64,000 nt of DNA from Candidatus Saccharimonadales bacterium (GCA_041737385.1 JBGSRU010000002.1:461437-525436), one strand, 5' to 3'; counted from the first letter of the stretch, positions 17,744-27,986 are shown. A program made the numbers and translations. Notes: generated from the letters alone by a model not told the origin.

Positions 17744-18823
17744 TTAAATTTGTGAATCTAAATATGCTTCAATGAATTCTGTGATATCTCCGTCCAAAAC
17801 ACCTTGGACATCAGTGGTTTCATGTTTGTTTCGAGTGTCTTTGACCATGGAGTACGGGTGCAGGACATAGTTGCGGATCTGGTTGCCCCACGCTGCTTGC
17901 TCGTTAGGGCCGCGCAAGTCTGAGACTTTGTCTTTATGCTGTTCAATCTGTAATTGTGCTAATTTAGAACGTAGGATTGTCATAGCCGTTTCTCTGTTCT
18001 GTAGCTGAGATCTTTCATTTTGGATTGCAATGACTATATTTGTTGGTAGGTGCGTGATCCGGACGGCTGAATCAGTTGTATTGACACTTTGACCGCCCTT
18101 CCCGCCGCTACGGTATACGTCTATTTTGAGCTCTTTGTCGTCGATTTCGACGGATTCTGGTGAATCGATTTTGGGTATGATTTCTACACGGGCAAAACTC
18201 GTTTGGCGTAAATTATCTGCATTAAACGGGCTTAATCTCACTAATCTATGAACACCGTTCTCGCTCTGCAACTTACCATACAAAAAAGAACCACCGCTCA
18301 TCAACATCGTGACACTTTTAATCCCAGCTTCGTCTCCTGAGGATTGATCGATTAATGTGACTTCTAGTCCTTCGGTCTCAGCCCAACGTGTATACATCCG
18401 GAGTAACATCTGTGTCCAGTCTTGCGCATCAACTCCACCAGCTCCAGCAAATATGCTCATGATAACATCAGAATCGTCGTATGGGCCGCCGAACTGCATT
18501 TCTCGTTTTCGCTTCAGATACGTGCCCTCAACTTCGCTATATTGCTTTTCTATTTCTTTCTGAAGGCTGTCGTCGTGCATTTTTGCTAGCTCAACGAGAT
18601 CAGCTGCTTTTGACTTCAGTTCCTGCCAAAATTCAACACGCTTTTGCAAAGAAGCCTGTTCTTTACTGATCACTTGCGCTTTATCGGTGTCTAGCCAAAA
18701 ATCAGGAGCCTGCATACTAGTGATAAGGTCTTTGTTCTTACTTGCGAGACTATCTATATCCAGCTGAGCATACGCTTTCTTGATGTTCTCATATAGATTC
18801 TCTAGTTCAGAAATAGCTAGCAT
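17744..18823 (-). CDS. prfB: peptide chain release factor 2
   Basis: SPF tripeptide (LVRLSPFNA) and GGQ motif ([25 protein letters not shown]). A continuous 359-codon frame with no in-frame UGA or +1 frameshift site. Confidence 0.92.
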   Translation of the reverse strand: MLAISELENLYENIKKAYAQLDIDSLASKNKDLITSMQAPDFWLDTDKAQVISKEQASLQKRVEFWQELKSKAADLVELAKMHDDSLQKEIEKQYSEVEGTYLKRKREMQFGGPYDDSDVIMSIFAGAGGVDAQDWTQMLLRMYTRWAETEGLEVTLIDQSSGDEAGIKSVTMLMSGGSFLYGKLQSENGVHRLVRLSPFNADNLRQTSFARVEIIPKIDSPESVEIDDKELKIDVYRSGGKGGQSVNTTDSAVRITHLPTNIVIAIQNERSQLQNRETAMTILRSKLAQLQIEQHKDKVSDLRGPNEQAAWGNQIRNYVLHPYSMVKDTRNKHETTDVQGVLDGDITEFIEAYLDSQI

Positions 18824-18842
18824 ATGGGATTATTATTCCTCC

Positions 18843-20129
18843 TTAAAACACTTCATCGATGTAGTTTTGCAGTTTACGCGCTGGAACCAACGAGATAGAA
18901 CCTAAGACGCCAAGCCCCCAAGTGTTTTCTTTCACGAGCTCTTGGAACAGATCGAGACTCTGTTTTATGGTTACTTGTTTTATCAGCTGTGGCAACCGAT
19001 TTAAGTTTTCTATCGAACTTTCTTCAACATAATATTGTCCATAGCGATTCACGAGTCCACTAGCCGTCTGGCCTGAGCGCATGATCTTTCCTAGTAAGTG
19101 CTTACGAGCTGCTTCGAAATCTTGAACATCGATACTACCATTTTTGAGTAGCAACAGTTCATCGCGAATCAGTCGAACGAGTGGCTGACTGTTCGTTTTG
19201 CTCACTTGGGCTCCAAGCCACCAGCTAGATAGGTCTTTCGCGTAGGATGCACCTGAGCCCATACCGTACACCCAGCCTTTTTCTCTTGCAGTTCCAAAAA
19301 TCCTTGAATACATCGTCTCAGTTAGCATAGTTGAAAGCAGCTGCAAAGCAATCTTTTCCTTTGGTGATAACTTTCGGTGAAGGTATAGATCAATGTATAA
19401 ATAGACGTTTGGCACGCTCGGTTTACGCAACACTAATGGATCATCCATGTGACGTGCTCGTTCATCTGGAAGTGGAATACGGTGAGCGCCTTCTTCTAGG
19501 ACGAGTCGATCGGCAAACATCGCCTCAACGCCTGAATAATCTCCTTTGAAGTTACCCGCAATAATAAATCGAGCGTTGCTAAGCGTGTGCGTGTTCTTGT
19601 AGTGAGCCAACAGATCAGCTCGCTTCACATGTGGCAATAGATCAATTCTTTCCTGATCGGTTAATGATGCAAGCCCCATTGTCTGGCGCAGTGCTGCATT
19701 AAGATGACGAAAATGATTGTTGCCTCTGCTGATCAGTTCTTCTCGTACGTTGCTTGCCTCAGAATCGAACTCTTCTTGCAAGAATTTAGGAGTACTGATG
19801 CCGTCGAGCATTAAGCCAACAACGCGCTCCCATTCGAAATGGGCAGCTTCAACTTCATAGGTAATATCATAGACACTTGTGCTCGCGTTAGAATAAGCAC
19901 CGTTCTGCTCTATAGCAGCCTGAAAATCGCGTGCCTTAGGATAGTCACGGTTCGCACCGAGCAAAACATGCTCCATTAGATGAGCTGTTTCCCATTTTTC
20001 CTTTTTTAATAGAAATTCACCCGCTCTGAAGCCAACCTCAGCAACAACAACACCAGTTTTTGGCGTGTCTATAATTAATCCTTTGAGTCCTGATTTGAAT
20101 GTTAGTTCGTGTACTTTGTGGCGGAGCAT
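18843..20129 (-). CDS. M16 (pitrilysin/insulinase) family zinc peptidase
   Basis: Inverted zinc motif HLMEH (HxxEH) near the N-terminus. 428 aa, two-domain size. Confidence 0.8.
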   Translation of the reverse strand: MLRHKVHELTFKSGLKGLIIDTPKTGVVVAEVGFRAGEFLLKKEKWETAHLMEHVLLGANRDYPKARDFQAAIEQNGAYSNASTSVYDITYEVEAAHFEWERVVGLMLDGISTPKFLQEEFDSEASNVREELISRGNNHFRHLNAALRQTMGLASLTDQERIDLLPHVKRADLLAHYKNTHTLSNARFIIAGNFKGDYSGVEAMFADRLVLEEGAHRIPLPDERARHMDDPLVLRKPSVPNVYLYIDLYLHRKLSPKEKIALQLLSTMLTETMYSRIFGTAREKGWVYGMGSGASYAKDLSSWWLGAQVSKTNSQPLVRLIRDELLLLKNGSIDVQDFEAARKHLLGKIMRSGQTASGLVNRYGQYYVEESSIENLNRLPQLIKQVTIKQSLDLFQELVKENTWGLGVLGSISLVPARKLQNYIDEVF

Positions 20130-20155
20130 TTAAGACCTACCTGCCCCTTCTTAAA

Positions 20156-22768
20156 TTATTTACGGCCTTTTTTGCGATTTTTGCGTTCTGCTTTTCGCTT
20201 TTTCTTGATAGTGTTTTGCTTTTTGCCGACAGTTGCTAATGCCGTTGCAGATTTTGTTACTTTAAAATCATCTTCATCAAACTCGTCTTGAGTATCAATA
20301 ATACGGTCAGCGTTATCAACGGAGCTTCGCGCTGCACGGGTAAGCTCTGTTTCGATTGGCTGATCTAGTTCTTTTGCGGTCATCGGGCGCGCATGGAATA
20401 GCGCTCTCACAATGTCATGCCGCAATACATTCTGCATATCTTCAAACATTATTTTTGATTGGCGGCGATATTCAACAAGCGGATCACGTTGGCCAACAGA
20501 TATCCAGTGGATACCTTGTCTCAAATGATCCATACTTTCAAGGTGTTGCATCCATAAGTTATCCATCACTTGCAAGTAAACATCCCGTTCGACTTTTTCC
20601 ATGATTTCTTTCGTAAAATCACTCGTCTGAACTTCATATCGCTTCAATACTTCTTTTTTAAGCTCTGCTTCAAACTTCTCAGAATCTAAGTTAAACAATG
20701 TATCGAGTACCGCGTCATCAAGACTAAAAACGTCTTTTAATTGTGTTTCAAATGCATCACTGTATGAATCGGGTGATGCGACCATAGCGGAAATTTGTTC
20801 AGTGATAAATTCTTTAACCTTCCCAGTTATATTGGTTTGTCTAAGCACTTCTTTACGGAGTGAATAGATAGCGACACGGTGGCGGTTCATAACATCATCA
20901 TATTGAACAACATTTTTACGCGTATCAAAGTTAAACCCTTCAACTCGTTTCTGTGCTGCTTCTAGGCTTCTGCTAATAACGCGGTTTTGTATTGGGGTTT
21001 CATCATCAATTTTGAGCCGGTTCATGACACTCGCAATACGGTCGCCACCAAACACACGCATCAAATCGTCTTCAGTACTGACATAAAACTGTGTCTCACC
21101 AGGATCACCTTGACGCCCTGAACGACCACGCAACTGGTTATCTGTTCGACGCGATTCATGGCGCTCAGAACCTATAACGTGCAGTCCACCCAGTTCTTTT
21201 ACGCCATCTCCAAGTACGATATCAGTACCACGACCTGCAATGTTGGTTGCGAGAGTAACTGCTCCTTTTTTACCCGCTTCAGCAACAATATGTGCTTCTC
21301 GCTCGTTGTTTTTCGCATTCAATACTTCGTGTTTGACTCCAGCTTTTTTCAAACGTTTGCTGAGTTCTTCGTTGTGTTGAATCGCTCCTGTTCCGATAAG
21401 TACTGGCTGGCCTTTTGCTTGCAGTTCTTTTGCGTCAGCAATGATTGCGTCGTACTTGCCGTTCTTCGTCTTGTAAATTTTGTCTGAATCGTCTTTTCGA
21501 ACGAGTGGCTTATTGGAAGGTATTTCAACAACCTCTAACTTATAAATCTGATGAAACTCTTCTTCTTCAGTTTTAGCGGTACCGGTCATACCAGATAGTT
21601 TTGTATACAAGCGGAAATAGTTCTGGAACGAGATAGTTGCAAGCGTCATAGATTCTTCTTGCACTTCAACGTGTTCTTTCGCCTCAATCGCTTGGTGAAG
21701 GCCTTCGTTGTAACGACGACCCTTAAGCAGTCGTCCAGTAAACTCATCAACAATGACGATTTCTCCGTCATTTGTCACTACATAATCTTTATCTCGTTTG
21801 AACAGCGCTTCTGCACGTAAGCCTTGGTCGAGGTGATAGATAGTCCTAATGTTCTGCGTGTCATATAGGTTGCTGATGCCGAGAGCTTTTTCAACAAAGT
21901 TAATACCTTCATCCGTAAGTGTCACTGCTTTACGCTTCTCGTCGACTTCAAAATGCTTGTCTTTCTTAAGCTGACGAGACAACTTCGAAAACTGCTCGTA
22001 AGAAGCACCACTTGTTGCGGATGGAGCAGAAATAATGAGCGGCGTTCTCGCTTCATCAATAAGAATTGAGTCAACTTCATCAACGATAGCAAAGTTAAGC
22101 TCTCGCTGACGCAGCTGTTCGACTTCTCGAACCATATTGTCGCGTAAGTAATCAAACCCAAACTCATTGTTCGTTCCATAAGTGATGTCTGCGGCATATG
22201 CTTCTTGGCGTGTACACGGTTTTAGGTGTCTGAAGCGAGGATCCTCGTGTTTCTCGTTATTATAGTCAGTATCAAAAATAAAGCTATGATCAGGGACAAT
22301 TACCGCGACACTGAGTCCAAGAGCGGCATATATTTGCGCCATCCATCCAGCATCACGCTGTGCAAGATATTCGTTAACGGTTACTACATGGACACCATTA
22401 CCTTCAAGCGCATTAAGATACACCGGTAGTGTTGCCACCAATGTTTTACCTTCACCAGTCTTCATCTCTGCAACCATGCCTTCATGGAGCACCATACCAC
22501 CAACTAGCTGAACGTCGTAGTGACGTTGCTGAATTTGGCGCCATGCCATTTCACGAACCGTTGCAAATGCTTCAGGAAGGATTGTATCAAGACTGTTGCC
22601 TTTTTCTGCGAGCATCATCCGCAGGTCATCTGTCTTTTTGCGGAGTGCGTTATCAGAGAGTTTCTTGAACTCGTCTTCAAGCGCGTTAACAGCTTTTACT
22701 CGCTTTTGAAGTCGCTTTAATGTTTTTGCCTCAGGATCACCGAGAAGTTTTTTTGCCAGTTTTTTCAT
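20156..22768 (-). CDS. secA: preprotein translocase ATPase SecA
   Basis: Motor motifs MKTGEGKTLVATLP and DEVDSILIDEARTPLIIS. Start placed at ATG 22768 (MKKLAKKLLGDPEAKTLKRL), which matches canonical SecA N-termini better than track start 22816. Lys/Arg-rich C-terminus. Confidence 0.95.
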   Translation of the reverse strand: MKKLAKKLLGDPEAKTLKRLQKRVKAVNALEDEFKKLSDNALRKKTDDLRMMLAEKGNSLDTILPEAFATVREMAWRQIQQRHYDVQLVGGMVLHEGMVAEMKTGEGKTLVATLPVYLNALEGNGVHVVTVNEYLAQRDAGWMAQIYAALGLSVAVIVPDHSFIFDTDYNNEKHEDPRFRHLKPCTRQEAYAADITYGTNNEFGFDYLRDNMVREVEQLRQRELNFAIVDEVDSILIDEARTPLIISAPSATSGASYEQFSKLSRQLKKDKHFEVDEKRKAVTLTDEGINFVEKALGISNLYDTQNIRTIYHLDQGLRAEALFKRDKDYVVTNDGEIVIVDEFTGRLLKGRRYNEGLHQAIEAKEHVEVQEESMTLATISFQNYFRLYTKLSGMTGTAKTEEEEFHQIYKLEVVEIPSNKPLVRKDDSDKIYKTKNGKYDAIIADAKELQAKGQPVLIGTGAIQHNEELSKRLKKAGVKHEVLNAKNNEREAHIVAEAGKKGAVTLATNIAGRGTDIVLGDGVKELGGLHVIGSERHESRRTDNQLRGRSGRQGDPGETQFYVSTEDDLMRVFGGDRIASVMNRLKIDDETPIQNRVISRSLEAAQKRVEGFNFDTRKNVVQYDDVMNRHRVAIYSLRKEVLRQTNITGKVKEFITEQISAMVASPDSYSDAFETQLKDVFSLDDAVLDTLFNLDSEKFEAELKKEVLKRYEVQTSDFTKEIMEKVERDVYLQVMDNLWMQHLESMDHLRQGIHWISVGQRDPLVEYRRQSKIMFEDMQNVLRHDIVRALFHARPMTAKELDQPIETELTRAARSSVDNADRIIDTQDEFDEDDFKVTKSATALATVGKKQNTIKKKRKAERKNRKKGRK

Positions 22769-22915
22769 GCTTATAATTACCCTTAAGTTAATTAGTGCGT
22801 TAGCGAGTTGGTTCATGACTACCTTACGCAGCCCTCACCCACACCGCTGTACTCGTTTGCGTACAGTATACCGTAAATACCCTACTTTACGCGAGAAGAA
22901 ATAAGCTGGCTCTCT

Positions 22916-23305
22916 CTAAGTTGTACGTTTGCGCCGATTTAGTTTACCGAACAGTCGCCGAGCCCGCGAATTTTGGTGTTTATCACTAGACCTAGAGTGT
23001 TTTTCTTTGTGCTTTTTGAGCTGATTTTGTAGTTTGGCTTCAACAATATCAACAGCGGCGAACATGTTTAGCGTTGATTCAACTGCGGTGAGACGCGCGC
23101 CTGGAATATGCAGTATGACTTCACACGTACATTTCTTGCCACTCTTTGTACTAGTTGATTCGCTGAGCTTCACATCCGCTCGAACATCTGGTCTCTGCGA
23201 CCGCTTTAAATGTCGATCTAATTTACCAACCTTTTTCTGAATATACTTCTCTAACTCCTTTGTAACATCCGCTTTGATACCAGTAATTGCTATATTTTCG
23301 ATCAT
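22916..23305 (-). CDS. hpf: ribosome hibernation promoting factor (RaiA/HPF family)
   Basis: MIENIAITGIKADVTKELEKYIQKKVGKLDRHL is typical of the family. Basic C-terminal tail. ATGA overlap with the serS stop. Confidence 0.85.
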   Translation of the reverse strand: MIENIAITGIKADVTKELEKYIQKKVGKLDRHLKRSQRPDVRADVKLSESTSTKSGKKCTCEVILHIPGARLTAVESTLNMFAAVDIVEAKLQNQLKKHKEKHSRSSDKHQNSRARRLFGKLNRRKRTT

Positions 23306-24609
23306 ATCGTTTTTACTCCCCCCATATAATTTTGTAGTACTTCTGGAACACGAACAAGACCATCACTCGTTTGATAATTTTCAGTAATAGCGGCAAGTAT
23401 CCTGCTAAGTGCAAAAGCGGTAGCGTCGTTTGTATGCACAAACTCAGTTTTGCCGTCTACTTTAGTACGAGTATTCAAATCGCGCGCTTGATAGTCGGTC
23501 ACATAGTCAGCGGTATGAGTTTCTATGTATCTGTCCTGGCCTGGGAACCAACAATCAATATCATTTCCAGAGGCATTCGGCTTCCCGATATCAGCAGTCG
23601 ATTTTTGTACAAAGTTATAGGATAGCCCGAGTTGTTGCATCAAATACTCTTGGATGGCAATGAGCAATTTGTGCTCATCTTCACCGGTTTTAGCAGTGCT
23701 AAAAACTTCCATTTCGAGCTTATCAAACTGGTGGAGTCTAATGATGCCCTCTGTATCCTTACCGTAGGTGCCGGCCTCACGGCGGAAACTCGTACTGTAG
23801 CCAATGTAGCGAATTGGAAGCTCTTCAGCTGGCAAGATCTCATTCCAGTACATCGTGCACAGTGTGTGTTCTGCACTGGCGTTCATCCACAAATCGTCTC
23901 TATCGAGTTTATAAGTTTGCTCTTCTGCATTCAGTCTAGCACTAGCAATATAAGGTTCTGTACGCATCATCGCTGGTGGTATAACTGGCGTAAACGGTTT
24001 AGCAGGAATTGCTAATTTATTGTCGTCTATTAGTCGCTGAAGTACCGACTCGTCTCCTAGCGTATCGATCACAAATTGCATCAAAGCAAACTGTAGTTTT
24101 ACGAGTCCACCTTTGAGATACACGAAACGACTACCTGAAATTTTGGCTGCGCGCTCCTTGTCCATAAAGCCGCGCTCGTTCGCAATATCCCAGTGTGGTT
24201 TTGGATCGAAATCAAATTGTGGCTTTTCACCAACAGTTCTGAGCACTACATTATCCGCTTCAGTTGTTCCAAGCGGGACACTATCAAGTGCTGGGTTTGG
24301 CACAAGTCTGAGCGCTGCAGAAAGTTCTTCTTCAACTTTCTTTAAGAGATCTTCGCGCTCAGCTAACTCAACTTTCAACATCTTTCCCTGATCAATCAAA
24401 GCAGTGTCAGGTTTGCCCTCGGCTGTTAAAGTTTTCATTTGAGCGCTAATTTCATTCTTGCGTTCACGCAAACTATCGACGTGTTGCTGCAGTTCACGTT
24501 TACCTTGATCGAGCTTCAAAAGCGACTCAGTATCTACTGTCACTTGTTTTTGTGCGCTTTTTTCTTTTATTAATTCTGGGTTATCTCGAAGTACTTGTAT
24601 ATCAATCAT
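23302..24609 (-). CDS. serS: seryl-tRNA synthetase
   Basis: N-terminal coiled-coil arm (MIDIQVLRDNPELIKEK...) and class II motif 2 region FRREAGTYGKDTEGIIRLHQFDKLE. Confidence 0.95.
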   Translation of the reverse strand: MIDIQVLRDNPELIKEKSAQKQVTVDTESLLKLDQGKRELQQHVDSLRERKNEISAQMKTLTAEGKPDTALIDQGKMLKVELAEREDLLKKVEEELSAALRLVPNPALDSVPLGTTEADNVVLRTVGEKPQFDFDPKPHWDIANERGFMDKERAAKISGSRFVYLKGGLVKLQFALMQFVIDTLGDESVLQRLIDDNKLAIPAKPFTPVIPPAMMRTEPYIASARLNAEEQTYKLDRDDLWMNASAEHTLCTMYWNEILPAEELPIRYIGYSTSFRREAGTYGKDTEGIIRLHQFDKLEMEVFSTAKTGEDEHKLLIAIQEYLMQQLGLSYNFVQKSTADIGKPNASGNDIDCWFPGQDRYIETHTADYVTDYQARDLNTRTKVDGKTEFVHTNDATAFALSRILAAITENYQTSDGLVRVPEVLQNYMGGVKTI

Positions 24610-24629
24610 TGCTTTTAAGTATACGCTAC

Positions 24630-25418
24630 TTAGCGACGTTTTTGGAGGGCTTCTAGCGTTAATTCTGTGCGAGATCGAGCATACTCACAGTGTTCACATG
24701 GGCCACCCATGGCAGCGGTACCTACTGCTGGCATCTTGTCGTTGTCAAGTGTTTTCTTCATTTGAATCAATACGCCATCCACCCAATCGCTTGATCCAGT
24801 GTGCGGGAATACATGGGTTTCAAACTCAACGACGTTATTGAAGCCTGCACGGTCTTTTGTGCCAGTTGCATAGACAAAGTAGCCGGTATCACTCACTTCA
24901 AACCCATTCTGCTTCAGTAACCACTGATATATTTCCATCTGCCGTCGATACATGTCTTGCCACCCGCCAACTGGACCAAGCTTTTTAACTGGCGTATCTT
25001 TAGCGGTTGCCTTGTAGTCTACTACTATGATTTTGCCATCAGCATCAACCCAAATATCATCAACGGCACCAAAGACGTGTAGGTTAGTTGGTTCATGTAT
25101 ATGGATTATGCCGACAAAGTTTTCACGCCACTGATCCATCTTCTCGTGTTTGAATGGAGTCGCTTTTATCTGATTATCTTTCATGAGCGGGTGCGGTTCG
25201 CCTTTTGCTCGGTAGACATCGAATTCTTTTTTGAACAACTCATCAATTGTCTTATTGATGTTGAACGGCGGACTGCTTGGACGTTTTATTTTCAACCGTG
25301 CATCAAGCCAAAAGCAGCGAGGACATTGCATGAAAAGCTCTATTTTACTCCTTGAAACTTTAAATGGTTCAGTTTGTCCAACTTGATACGGTTTGTTTCG
25401 CTCTTTCCAATAGTTCAT
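24630..25418 (-). CDS. PD-(D/E)XK nuclease, Cas4/RecB-like with Cys pairs
   Basis: Core motifs GAVDDIWV, IVVDYKA (D..[D/E]xK) and QMEIYQWLL, with CPRC near the N-terminus and CEHC near the C-terminus. Start placed at ATG 25418 (ATGA overlap with the upstream stop). Confidence 0.75.
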   Translation of the reverse strand: MNYWKERNKPYQVGQTEPFKVSRSKIELFMQCPRCFWLDARLKIKRPSSPPFNINKTIDELFKKEFDVYRAKGEPHPLMKDNQIKATPFKHEKMDQWRENFVGIIHIHEPTNLHVFGAVDDIWVDADGKIIVVDYKATAKDTPVKKLGPVGGWQDMYRRQMEIYQWLLKQNGFEVSDTGYFVYATGTKDRAGFNNVVEFETHVFPHTGSSDWVDGVLIQMKKTLDNDKMPAVGTAAMGGPCEHCEYARSRTELTLEALQKRR

Positions 25419-26257
25419 CTTTTGGTCCTGTCTAGCGTTATCCAACCCGACTCACTCGCGTGTAACAAAAAAGCTGCCAATAACCCAAAACTCATAGTCA
25501 CTAATAACCCCAGGATAAACCCAACTAACTGCACCTCGCCATCTCTAATGAGAAAAAAAATGCAATATGCTAGTCCTGGCAGAACTGTCATAAACAAATA
25601 AACGAACACTTTTACACTAATTAGTCTCGAATGAATTTTAATCGCTTCATCTATTGAATTCCTTACTAACAACTTTTTTTGGTAGCCTATCTGCTCATCA
25701 ACAGAAGTAAATTTGTAAATCCTTGCGACTTTATCTAAGAATAGACAAATGCCATCTTGCATTTCCTTGGGATTAATTTTTTCATTTGTCGTTAATATTA
25801 TCTGAGTTGAAATCATTTCCATATCAGTTTTCTTTAACTTATCACGAAAAATCAACATGACGTCAGGAGTAACGAATGATAACGCTTCGTTCTCTAGTCC
25901 ACTAGGAGCGTACAGCTGGAAAAATTTATCAAAATCGCCCTCAAGACTAACCCTTTGCGATTGGTCATATGTATCATATGCCGTTGCATACAAATATCTA
26001 TCTCTGTAATGAGAGTCTAGGAAAATGTTAGGCAAGGCTTTGTCGCCAGAAATAATTGTGTCGAAAACGTGCCTTCGTTTTTTTGAAAAATGAAAATGAC
26101 GATAGTAGGTTGAGCTTATTTTAAAAGTGAATCCGTCACTTTCATACGTTGCTTCAAGTATTTTCTCTGTTTTAGCATATTTTAGAGCCTTAATGATAAT
26201 TATGATCAAAACTAAAAATAATAAGAGAGATACCATATTAAACAGGTCTTCGTTCAT
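25415..26257 (-). CDS. hypothetical membrane protein (N-terminal TM, soluble middle, two C-terminal TMs)
   Basis: 280-aa ORF, translationally coupled to the downstream nuclease and 4 nt from rsmE. Faintly DUF3137-like, but that recognition is uncertain. Confidence 0.5.
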   Translation of the reverse strand: MNEDLFNMVSLLLFLVLIIIIIKALKYAKTEKILEATYESDGFTFKISSTYYRHFHFSKKRRHVFDTIISGDKALPNIFLDSHYRDRYLYATAYDTYDQSQRVSLEGDFDKFFQLYAPSGLENEALSFVTPDVMLIFRDKLKKTDMEMISTQIILTTNEKINPKEMQDGICLFLDKVARIYKFTSVDEQIGYQKKLLVRNSIDEAIKIHSRLISVKVFVYLFMTVLPGLAYCIFFLIRDGEVQLVGFILGLLVTMSFGLLAAFLLHASESGWITLDRTKR

Positions 26258-26261
26258 AAGA

Positions 26262-26957
26262 TTATTGTAACAGTGTTGCGGCAGCTACTGCGGCAGTTTC
26301 GGCTCTCAGAGTAAATTCTGAGAGGGCTAAATGATTCAACTTGTTATCTTTAAATAATTTCTTTTCTTCGTCTGTCCAACCACCTTCAGGACCTATCAGC
26401 ACAGCAATGGGCTGTGATATTTGAGGATTAATATTTGATATTTGAGACGAACTACCCTGCTCGGCTACGAAAATATCTACTTTACCTGATAACTCTTCGA
26501 TGATTTTGATGACGGTTATTGGTTCACGAACTTTTGGAATGTCTACTCTTTCACACTGTTCAGATGCTTCGATAACTATCTTTTCTGCTCGTTCAACGTC
26601 GAAACCTGTTTTCTCTGTTCGATCTGTTATAAGCGGTACAAAGTGCCTCACCGCTAATTCAGTTCCCTTTTGTAATACCCAGTCGTTTTTATCCTTTTTC
26701 AACAGCGCAAAACATAAATATACATCGTTTTTTGGTATCTTTCCGATCATCTCAGTAACCATTTCAAGGTGCGCTGCGTCTTTTCCAAACTCAACAATTT
26801 TGTATAGCTTTTCTTGTTTTTCTTTATTAAAAAGGCTTACTTCTCTCCCGACCTGGAATCTCAAAACACGCGTCCACTGATGGAATAATCGCTCATCCTG
26901 TAACCAAAAATCATGGCCGAGCTCAGTATCTTTTACGTAAAATCTATGCAGCTTCAT
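26262..26957 (-). CDS. rsmE: 16S rRNA (uracil1498-N3)-methyltransferase
   Basis: MKLHRFYV start, PUA-like N-terminus and SPOUT C-terminus with IGPEGGWTDEE. Confidence 0.85.
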   Translation of the reverse strand: MKLHRFYVKDTELGHDFWLQDERLFHQWTRVLRFQVGREVSLFNKEKQEKLYKIVEFGKDAAHLEMVTEMIGKIPKNDVYLCFALLKKDKNDWVLQKGTELAVRHFVPLITDRTEKTGFDVERAEKIVIEASEQCERVDIPKVREPITVIKIIEELSGKVDIFVAEQGSSSQISNINPQISQPIAVLIGPEGGWTDEEKKLFKDNKLNHLALSEFTLRAETAAVAAATLLQ

Positions 26958-26960
26958 ATA

Positions 26961-27986
26961 TCAACTCCGCACACTACCCTTAATTTCTTCAGCAAATTTA
27001 TCTACTTTGATTTGAAAGTCCTCTAAAGCTCTTTCTGTCGCTTTCATACCAGCTCTACCAGTTATATTATACGAATCAGCTCTTGCTTCATCATAATTTT
27101 TCCGCAGATTCTCCAAACTTTCTGATATGTTAGCTTGGCTACCAGATAAATTGCCTGTCTCTCGTAAAGCCCGTATTAATTGAGCTACATCAACACCAGC
27201 TTCATTTACTGAAGATATTGCTGATCCTTGCCGTTTTTGTTCTGGGCTTGTAGCTTCTGCAACCGCCCTTACTCTTGCTGTTTGTTGTTCGTACTTGTCG
27301 CTGTCTAAGTCAACATTGCCAGTAAGAGCGGCATCGACAGCACTTCGTGCGTCCACTACTTGGCTCTCTCTGAAGGTCTCTTCAGCTTGTGCTTTTGTTT
27401 TCTTATTGAGGTTTATTAAGGCAATTTCTTGCTCCAAGAACAATGCATTCCTAATATCGCGGTATTTAGTCTTTTCTGCAGTAACCCAGTCGGCTCCTTT
27501 ATTTGGCGCCCCTTCTAAAGTTGCAAGTTCATTCTCCACTATTGCTAAAGCTTGTTCTAAGGCATTGATATCCTTATCTTTTACACCTTGGCTTAACTGA
27601 ACGACAAGCCTTCCTTGGTCAGCAAGTATTGGTTCATCCGAATGTGTATCCTCTTGTGCCTGCTCAAATAGTTGCACAGAGGCATCTTCAAAACTAAGTG
27701 GAGCTCGACCTGCGTCCATTTGCTCTTGTTGGTGCAACATATGAGCGAGTCCCCTATTGTGTTCGTCCCAGTCGTTTGCTGACTCTAAAACGCTTTGTGC
27801 TCTATCAATTCTACCGCTACCAAGTTCTGCCTGTACTTTTGCTACAGTATCAATCTTCCCTGTTTCATTATCCCCATAAACATCAAAAAGATTACCAGCC
27901 AAACCAGATAACTGCTCTACGGGCGTCATTACAGCTTGCTGCTGGGCTATTTCTGCTGAGGAGGTTATTGATTCTGTTTGCGACAT
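26961..27986 (-). CDS. orphan acidic helical protein
   Basis: 341-aa ORF (MSQTESITSS...) with no TM or signal peptide. It has its own promoter-like boxes. No family recognised. Confidence 0.55.
   Translation of the reverse strand: MSQTESITSSAEIAQQQAVMTPVEQLSGLAGNLFDVYGDNETGKIDTVAKVQAELGSGRIDRAQSVLESANDWDEHNRGLAHMLHQQEQMDAGRAPLSFEDASVQLFEQAQEDTHSDEPILADQGRLVVQLSQGVKDKDINALEQALAIVENELATLEGAPNKGADWVTAEKTKYRDIRNALFLEQEIALINLNKKTKAQAEETFRESQVVDARSAVDAALTGNVDLDSDKYEQQTARVRAVAEATSPEQKRQGSAISSVNEAGVDVAQLIRALRETGNLSGSQANISESLENLRKNYDEARADSYNITGRAGMKATERALEDFQIKVDKFAEEIKGSVRS

Noticed and set aside
22769-22915. Hairpin ctgtac-N8-gtacag (about 22848-22867) upstream of secA as a terminator or riboswitch
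   Set aside because: The stem is only 6 bp, there is no U-tract on either strand, and there is no recognisable riboswitch core. I kept it in mind only as possible leader structure.
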